A stretch of 64,000 bases of DNA from Chrysomallon squamiferum (Eukaryota > Animalia > Mollusca): contig CM022673.1 in the NCBI GenBank assembly GCA_012295275.1, positions 28,024,001 through 28,088,000 on the forward strand, written 5' to 3'. The position numbers were made by a program, and so were the translations under genes. Numbering within the stretch: the stretch's first letter is position 1; every line of letters starts with the position of its first letter. Below are positions 54,772-64,000 of this stretch, one piece after another. The notes beneath the pieces were generated by a model. That model saw nothing but the letters and a program-made list of their open reading frames with translations. It had not been told where the DNA came from and ran no database searches.

Positions 54772-55951
54772 TAACCATTGCAACATTTAGAATAACGAGC
54801 ACCTTGCATTATGTTTCAATTTTTATTTTTTTTACCATATCAATCAAATTGTAAATTAAAATATACCTGTATTTAACCAGTCACCGTATCATTTTTTGTA
54901 TTTCACAATACAATATATTGATTAATTTTTTATTTGTTAACAAAATCCTGAGCATTTTTATTTTTTGACTTTTGAAACAAGTCCAGTTGTCATGTTTTAT
55001 TAATTCTGTTGTTTTGTTTTTATCACTTTTTTTTTTTTTTAAACCACCTGTACTGCTTAACGAGTGAACAACATTTGATGTATTTCACAAACATCTACAC
55101 CTCTCATTTTAATACTCACAGTTTAACATATTGATTATTTTCTCTCTTTTTTTTTTTACTCTTATTTCTAAAGAATACAATCCAATCATCTCATTTTTAT
55201 TTTTTTATTATTCACAACAATAATAATAACAACAAAATACATAAATAAAACCTATTAGTTTTGTTTCAAAACTTCTTCTTTTTTTTTTTTTTTTTTGGTT
55301 GTTGTAAAAAAAAAAACCATTCATCTAGTTAGTACTATTACACAACAGATAGATTTCTCTTTGTACCAGTTTGTGTTTTGTTATTCGCAGAACCGAACGA
55401 AAGATCAGTCATTCGCTTTTTGTATTTGTCATCTTTTGACATCACAACATGGAGCCGCTAACCGTTTTCCATTCCGCGCGTGTCATGTGACTAATAACCA
55501 CCTTGCACTGTCCCATGCTACGTACTGGCCGAGCATTGTCTGCGTATTAATCATGTTTGGCCGGTCAGACTGAGCCTCTACCAAGATGGAACAATAAGTC
55601 AGTAGGAGAGATGTCTAAGTGTTTCTTAACATGTAATCGATGTTTAGGTGCACACAAAGTGGAGTTTTGTTTTTTGTCTAATCATATGTAGAAGTAGAAG
55701 AAGAAGTAAGAGAGAGAGAGAGAAGGAATATGTAATGTTGTGATGTAATCTTCTTATGCAAGGCACAAAGGAATGTGTTTGCTTCATGGTGTTACTGTAA
55801 TGGATTGGTTTGAATAAATGTCAGCCTTTTTTTTTCTTTTTTTAAAGACTGGTAAATTGTGTTGTTTTTTTTTAAACTTTTTTTTTGATTGTTGATTGTT
55901 CTGAAATCAGTAATAGAAGTTAATAATGAGAATTTGTATCTCTGTTTCTGT

Positions 55952-56000
<49 letters not shown>

Positions 56001-56046
56001 CATATATATTTATTTTGAAATGGTTATGTGTGTGTGTGTGTATATA

Positions 56047-56079
<33 letters not shown>

Positions 56080-56886
56080 CATGTATAGATGGATGGATGG
56101 ATGGATGGATGGATAGATAGATCATGATGTTTTTTTTTGTGTTTTTTTTGCCAAGATAAATTGCAGTGATCAGATTAAATTTTTATTTTCAAAACTGAAT
56201 TTTACGAGTAAATAAGATTTCTGTAATTAAGAAGGGCAATCAAATATTTTTAAATTCACAAAAATATTTTTATACATTAATACATATTCTTTGAAATATT
56301 TTCATTATTATTACTATTATTATTTTAAAATTAGAGAGGTAACATTTATTTCATTTAAAAAAAAAGAAGAATAAAATGTGGTAAATAAAAGTCAATAATA
56401 GCGTCTTACATACGGTTTTATCTGAGATGAAGAATTAAACTGAATTGTGGTCAGATCAGACAAATTGATTTTGTTAACCAGTGACGGTTTAGTCCAAACA
56501 GTTGATAAACTTTCTCCTTTGAAGACAGAAATGATTAGATTTTTACAAAAAAACATTCAAAGTGATTTATACTGTGTATATTTTTATCTTTGTTGTTGCT
56601 GTTTTGTTTTCAACATGGAAATGCACCGTTTCCAGAAATTATTCAGAATGATGAATGATAATATCTGACAAACTTCCACGGTCCTCACTGTGAATATTTC
56701 ACTCTTCAGTTGTAAGATTTGAATCTGTTTTCCACAAATATTCACAATAATGAAAAGATTGTTATTTTTTTATTTTATTTTTTATTTTTTTATTCCCACA
56801 ACCAGCATTGAATTCATAATCTTTTTTTTCTAAATTTTCGTTATTATTTATTTATTTGTTTGTTTGTTTATTATATTTTTTTTATC

Positions 56887-56931
<45 letters not shown>

Positions 56932-56937
56932 TTAATA

Positions 56938-56969
<32 letters not shown>

Positions 56970-58453
56970 TACTACTTTTTTGTACTTTTTTTTTGACTAC
57001 TGCACCGTTTATATATAAAATAAGTCTTTTGAACTAAAAATTTCAAATTACTATTACCTTTTGGGGTGGGGGTGAGTCTGTTTTCCAAGTTTGTATGATT
57101 TTATTATCAAAATTGTTTGTTTGTTTTTTCTTCTTATTTTTTTTAAATGTGTTTCATTTCCAAAATATCAAAAAATATTTTGTACAATTCTGTTTTTTTT
57201 CAAATTTAGAATTATTCATATATAGATAGATAGATAGATAGATCGATATATAGATCTATAGATCTACTACTACTGCTATTACTACCTCTTTTATTTCTTA
57301 ATGCTCATAAAGATATCTTATTAACTGCTGCAATTTCTTTATTCAAAATACTTCCTTTCTTCTTCTTCTTCTTCTTCTCCTGCATCTCTCTGTGTCAGTG
57401 CTGCTGCTGTCTGCACAACTCGACATGCACATGTACATATTGAAGACGATGCCAGTCCAAAGCCTCTGCTTGAACAGATCTTCTTGCCTACCTCCCTTGA
57501 AAGAAGTCGTTCTTCTCGTAAGCTGCTTTCAGTTGACAAAAGATCAGTTGCTGCATTGCCCATGTCTTTTCACTTATCACAGCTTTAAACAAAAGTTCAA
57601 ACGACCCTGTAATAAAGTGATTATTGGATTTTGCTGTAGGAAAATAGAATACCTACTTTGGTCGATGATGGAGCAAATCGTTGATAATCGGAGAAAATAT
57701 CTCTGAAATGCTATCCGTATTGTGGCTTTATTTTTACTGTTGATGTTTCTGTTATTGTTTTTAATGTCTAGTGTGTGTGTGCTCTGCTATTTCAACAAAA
57801 AAAAAATAAAATAAAGAAATAAAAGCAGGATAAAACAGATATTGAGTTTATTGTACACAGTAAAATACAAACAGGTATGCCTGTATTTGAAATTGCCTTT
57901 TGTTTGAAACAGAAGAGCTGAGACAAAGCTGTATTAAAAAGAATTGTTGTATATTGTTCTTTTATTATTCTTTTCTGATTTAGAAACCCTTGACTGTGCT
58001 ATAATATTGATCTAGTCACTGAATGATATTTAAAAGTTTTCATTTGACATTTGTTGAAGAAGAAGAAAGAAAAAACTGTTGTTCTACCAACTTTTATTAT
58101 TATTTCTAATGGAATCTATGAGTATTTGTTAAATGAGTCATGAAAACATTTTTTTAATATTAATGGTTGTTTGGTGTCAGTCACTAGATTTCTGTATTGT
58201 AATAATAATGATTATAAAAGATAAAGACTGCAGCTGCCACTATTTCTTTTATCAATCAGCAGCAAGGATTTTTTTAATGATCTCATGGGAAAATATAGAA
58301 GAACTTTTCTTACATCAGTCATGGGATGTCGGCTGGAATGAGAAAAAGCTCATTAAGCACACTGAGGAGAGTTGATCCTCCAACCTAATATACTTCAGGT
58401 CATCATTCCACAGTCTGGCTGTTTTTAATGTAGTTATGTTAATGGTATTATGA

Positions 58454-58485
<32 letters not shown>

Positions 58486-59759
58486 GAAAATGGCACTATT
58501 TTAAATAAAATATTATGTAGTATTTTAATAGAAGTTAGATATTCCAGTAGACTGTATTTCAGTGTTTTATGTACTGTACTATGCAGTATAAAATTTATAA
58601 ACACACACACACACACACATACACATTCTGACATCATTTTAATACTTTTTTACTTATTCAGGCAGTATTGCATAGTTTGTATAATATTACATAGCTTCCT
58701 ACCATTTAATACAGAGTTATAAAGCCTGTATACTAATAATACAAGTTGTGACGTAGTTTTACACTGGGAGGCTTAGCCAGTAATACAATGTTGCAAATAC
58801 TGGTAATCTTTAAAACAATGTTACAAATCCATTATAGCTTGTAGTACAATGTTACATATATTAGTAGAATGTAACACAAAGGTCCCTTTTTATGTAACAG
58901 TGTCAAATTAAATAAAATGATGACAATAGTGTGAAAATCTTTTTAAGACCAGACAAAAACTCACTCATCCCACTAACACCTTAGCGAAGCCTTTTACATA
59001 AGTCTGTCAGTAGGTTATGCATGTAGATCTTTAACATTTGCCCCCTGCGCCACAAACACTGCTTTGACCATAAGCCCTTAATAAGGGTAGGTCCAGGGTA
59101 GTTCACACTTTACAATTGTCAACTGCACTGGTCTCAAATGGAATCAGTAAATATTACATCATGCACACAAACAGGTACTTAGCATGTGTTTATTTGCTTA
59201 TAACTGGAAGTAAGTAGGGGTGCTGTACAGTAACGTAACTACGTACACTTCATTGTTACGCTGTAATTGTCGAATTTGATTTGTAGACCCCCAGGGCAGT
59301 ACATGCAGCTTGGCTTTTTCATTGAAACAGAAAGGATGAAGATCATTGAATTTTTTATTTTTTTTATTTATTTATCTATTTATTTATTTTTTTATTAACC
59401 CCAAACTTTATTACTTTCTCATTCCAGTTTACACTTTTGTTTATAGTCTCTTAGACCATTATTTAGTTTGTTTATTTTGCTAGCTGGTGTAATTAAGTGG
59501 TGCTGGAATGAATTGTCTATGGTAGTGTCAACTGTTGGTTTGGACATGTTTAGGTAATTTATTGCAGTAGCAAGGACTATTATGATATTTGTGTTACCTA
59601 ACTTAAGGGCACATTCCTTGTTCAGGATGCCTGTAATTAATGTGTATTATAAACAAATAAACAGTTTATGTCATTGAAGTTAAATCTTTGATTACAACCT
59701 TCAGTTGAAGTTGATTTAAAGTGATCTTATGTTTATGCATTTATGGACAACATACTGTG

Positions 59760-59810
<51 letters not shown>

Positions 59811-60115
59811 CATGCATGCATACTCAGATATACATTTAGCTATGTAAATGATTTTTATAACACCAGAAATATTTTTTGGTATTTGATATATAGGTTTTAG
59901 GTGTTAAAAAATAATAAATAAATAAATAAATAAATAAAATTTGAAAAAAAAAAGAAAAGTAAAGGACATTTCACCAGCAAGTTTATTTTTTAATTTATTT
60001 CATTTTCATTTATTTTTAATGTTTTATTTAGTTTTAGATCATTGTAATTAACTTATTTTAAAATTTATTTTATTTTAGCTTTATTTTACTCCTATCTTAC
60101 CTTTCTTTTCTTTTT

Positions 60116-60151
<36 letters not shown>

Positions 60152-60847
60152 TTTATTTTACATCAATTTACTTCCAATTTTTACTTTATTTATTTATTCC
60201 CTTTTTCATTTTTGCTGTATTTAATTTGATTTCGCCAGAAACTTATTTACAACTGACTCTGTAACTACTGTGTCATGTTGCGCTGTGTCTGAATTCAATT
60301 CGCTGGTGTATGTTAACAGACTTTTTACTGCTAAGTTGACGGATTATTCTACGTTTTACTGTCAGTTCTCTGACACTAATTAGTCGTGGATTTTGTAATC
60401 GGTGTTTGCTTATTAAGTTACCATCCATTCCACTGCCTCCACTCTTATTTGTACCATTGGTCACAGCGACTCGCTCGCTCGAAGAATCTGTTCTATTCTA
60501 GTTTGGTGCTAAATCTTAACGGTGTTGCTCGAAGCTAACTATTAAAATAATCATTCGCTGTCTATTCTTGTCCACTATTCAAGTTATATTTCGTACTCGA
60601 CTTTATCAATGAAAAGTCAACGATGGAGGGGAAAAAAAGATTCTGTTTCACGTATTTAACAGTCTTATGACATTTGAAATGAATCCAGATAAATATGTAT
60701 GTGTTGCTGTTGGCGTAGTTTTCACCTAGAAATAAAAATACACTTTTGTTAAAAATAAAATTGTAGGAGGAGGATAATTTTGTTTTGTACCTTTAATTCA
60801 AAATTAAAAACAAAAATTCACTTGATTTTTTAAAGTGTGTGTGTGTG

Positions 60848-60880
<33 letters not shown>

Positions 60881-63567
60881 AAATGATTCCATGATTGGAT
60901 GATAGGAGACCTATAATGTGAAAGTTGGTGTGTGTATTACTTAATTTCTTTTCTATACAAAAATTACAACAAAAAAAAGAAAAAAATGAATAGAAATATT
61001 TACTTATTGTTATTTATAGAAATATGTATCACTAAACAGTTTTACTTAAAAATAATAGTTTGAAGTTTGAAGATAATCATGAAGGTTAACTCTTGCTATT
61101 TAAAATGTTTTCTAAATCAGTATAATGTCACTATATAAATATAGTATAATTTTAATTTTAAAATATTCATTTGGAATATGTATGCATTTAATTTGATCCT
61201 TTTTTCAGTATTGCATATAATGCAAAATTGAAATTTTTTATTTATTAATATTTTTAAATTAAAACAAAAAATGTATATTATTTTCATATCAGATATTTCA
61301 AATTATTATTCATAATTCTTCTTCAAGTTAAAAATGACTGTGTACTCTTGACCATTAACCTCAGTGTGTGTGTACTCTGTGTGTGCACAGGATTGATAAT
61401 AAATATATTTTTACTGCTTACGGTCACAATGAAATGCATTTTAATACGCAGCCGGGCTAAAATCATGATGTCATAACAATGAAACTGCATTAATCACAAG
61501 CGACACAGGTTCTTGTCTTGTGTCTGAATTTCCATATTTTCCCCAAATCCAATTTATATGCTCAGTTGGCCCAGTAATTTAGGGAAAATCTTGATGTAAC
61601 TCTGCATGTGCCTAACAAAGAGATGTTACTACCAACTTAACCCTCTGCCATTATCTCATTTGCATAACAATGAAAATGATGGGTGACCCATATGAGTGGA
61701 ACGTTATCGAACCTAGCTCACTTCCAATTAGTCCTACGTATTGAACTTTTAAGTTAAGGCTGTGCAGCGCGAGTTCCGAAATATGGGGACCAGACTCTGG
61801 CTAAGACAAAACTGGCGATGGCCTGATCGTCACGGCGACAGATCTGAAGTGGCACTATGCTGATGGCAAACACGAGGTTTGACAAAATCTATTAATGGCG
61901 ATATTGATTGATTCTATTATTGCCGGGCGCTGCGATGGTGAATAAGAATGAATGGCTGACCTCCGAGAAAGGGTATATCGCAATCTGAACACGGGCAACC
62001 AATCGCATGATGACGGCTTTGTCTTCTAAGAAAACAACTTAACGGTTGTACTGTGACATCACAGAGAGAGAGAGAGACAGAGAGAGGGCCTTTGCGATAC
62101 GCGTGCACTCAACCATGGCTTTCTGCAGTTTTGTCCGAGTCACTGCTGAGTCTTTTGTGCCGATGTTCCATTGTTGAAGCGGTCTAGTATACTGTAGACC
62201 CATCAGGCCCGCTTCACTTAGATAAGATAAGGACTGGGCCATCCCAAATAGATGCAGTCACCAGAGACGACTACGCAACTGCTTGGAGACTGACTGACAG
62301 ATGGTCAGTGTTGACTCCACACACAAAGGGCTCTGCTGTTTAATTCTACTGATGGATAGCTAACATATCTTTTTCGCCTTGGTTACAGCAGCTTTTCATA
62401 CGTATATGTGTCTGGTGTGACTGGGAGAGGACCAGTGCAAAGAGGCTGGGTGCTTTAGTTAGTGCCTCTTGTTGTTGTTGTTTAAACTTGCTGTCCAGAG
62501 TAAAAAAAAGAAGAAAAAAGTGAGAAAAAGAAGAAAAAAACAAACAAGCAGTGCCTTCTAGAAGAGATTCTTTATTTATTTATATATATATATGTATATG
62601 TGTGTGTTTGGGATCTTTTCTCTGAATTTTTGGATTGATACGACACAATGGATTTTGGACATCTGGAGCTTATTGTGACAGAAAGGTACCTACTCTTTGT
62701 CTACGTAAAGTTGACTTCTTCTTGTTTTTTTTAAAATGTTTTAAACTTCATGTTTATTTAGTTTTCATAGAATGCTCTTTGTTTAAATTTGATGATGCTT
62801 GTTTATGTTTTGATTGTGGGGTTAGTTTAATTTTCTTTTTGTGACAAGAAAAGGGGGAATGAAAAATGCGTTGATTTGCTTGAGAATGGTATTGATTTTT
62901 TTTTATGAATAAGAAAATGAGTCAGATTGTATATTGGTGTGTGCGAAGAATGCTGTTTGGGATGGATTATTTATTTTTTGTTTCTCGTTTTCTTTGTTGT
63001 GTAAGAGAGGCTTGTGGAAAGAGTACTTGGGTAAATACTAGGTTTTAGTTAAGTAATTGTTAGTACATCATGTTAAATGTGTATATAATGGGGTTTTTCT
63101 GAAAAAAATATTTTTTCTGGAGTTAGATTATTTTAAGATTAATGTTTTTGATTTTATATTTGTGTGTGTATGTATGTGAGTGTATGTGTGTAGGTTATAT
63201 ATGTATGTATATATAATATTATTATTACTATTATTATTATTATTATTATTATTATTGTTGTTGTTACTGAACAGTAATAACAGTTATTTAATGAACCTGA
63301 TATTAATGTTAGTTGCCATTGATTTTTTATTTCATAATTAGTTAGGTGGGTTTTTTCTTCTTTTTTTTTTTTCTTTTTGTCTTTTTTCATTAAACTACAA
63401 ATTATTTAAATAATTGAAAATGATAATAATGATGATTAGTTATTACATGTTATCTCTTTTTAATTTTTTTTTATTATTATGGCTTTTATTTTGCTAATAT
63501 TTAATACTAAATAGAAACTGACTGTATAATGATTAACTTGTTATTTATTTTCTATTAGCAGTAATAA

Positions 63568-63619
<52 letters not shown>

Positions 63620-64000
63620 TTCATTATTATTATCATTATTATTGTTATTATTATTATTATTTTTATTTTCATTTGCAACATAAAAAATTTTATTTTTATT
63701 TTTTAAGATTTAATTCATGTTGATAATGATGCAGTCAATAATAATGTTTTGTTACATTTTAAAATGAAAACTATTTGTTCACAATTATCATTAAAATTAG
63801 TTGAAAACAAATTAAAATTAAATTATTTAAAGGCAGTGATGAAGATAATAACCTAAAAAAAAAAAAAAAAAAACCCTACAAAATGAAGCTAATTTTGTTT
63901 ATATTTTTAAATAAAAATAAACTTTATAAAATGTATATTTAACAGTATTTTCATTCAATGGATTCTTTTTAAAAATCTTTTTAAAAAAAACAACAACAAC
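44636..64000 (+). repeat. Copy 2 of the duplicated segment (corresponds to 22856-~42329); probable alternate haplotype
   Basis: Begins TAGACAGAAGAATTTTAAAA at the first base after the gap, identical to 22856. It differs from copy 1 by SNPs, small indels and microsatellite lengths. Confidence 0.97.

Noticed and set aside
466-63390. All ORFs in the supplied track, including the 229-aa ORF 29969..30658 and the 177-aa ORF 9295..9828
   Set aside because: They are microsatellite translations (HT, VC, MYVC, poly-L/I/N/Y/S) or short frames with no recognisable domain. Many change length or frameshift between the two copies.

Overview
AT-rich, microsatellite-dense eukaryotic (animal) non-coding DNA. 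Decayed copies of a tRNA-headed SINE that I recognise from gastropod genomes suggest a mollusc (inference). No protein-coding gene can be supported: the ORF track is microsatellite translation or short random frames. The largest structure is a ~21.6 kb segment (22856-44435) that restarts exactly after a 200-N gap (44436-44635) and runs to the window end. This is most likely an unpurged second haplotype rather than a real tandem duplication. The rest looks like a gene desert or very long intron: AT-rich spacers alternate with ~20 higher-GC, CpG-containing islands that carry strong transcription-factor or RNA-binding-protein motifs (a perfect Sox-POU composite, RFX X-boxes with Sox sites, a perfect IR1 nuclear-receptor palindrome, a Zic site, a strand-biased YGCY cluster). 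I did not find a demonstrably new biological system. The best leads are this putative regulatory landscape, a few candidate plus-strand small exons, and the two haplotypes as a built-in test of constraint. All motif calls were made by eye.
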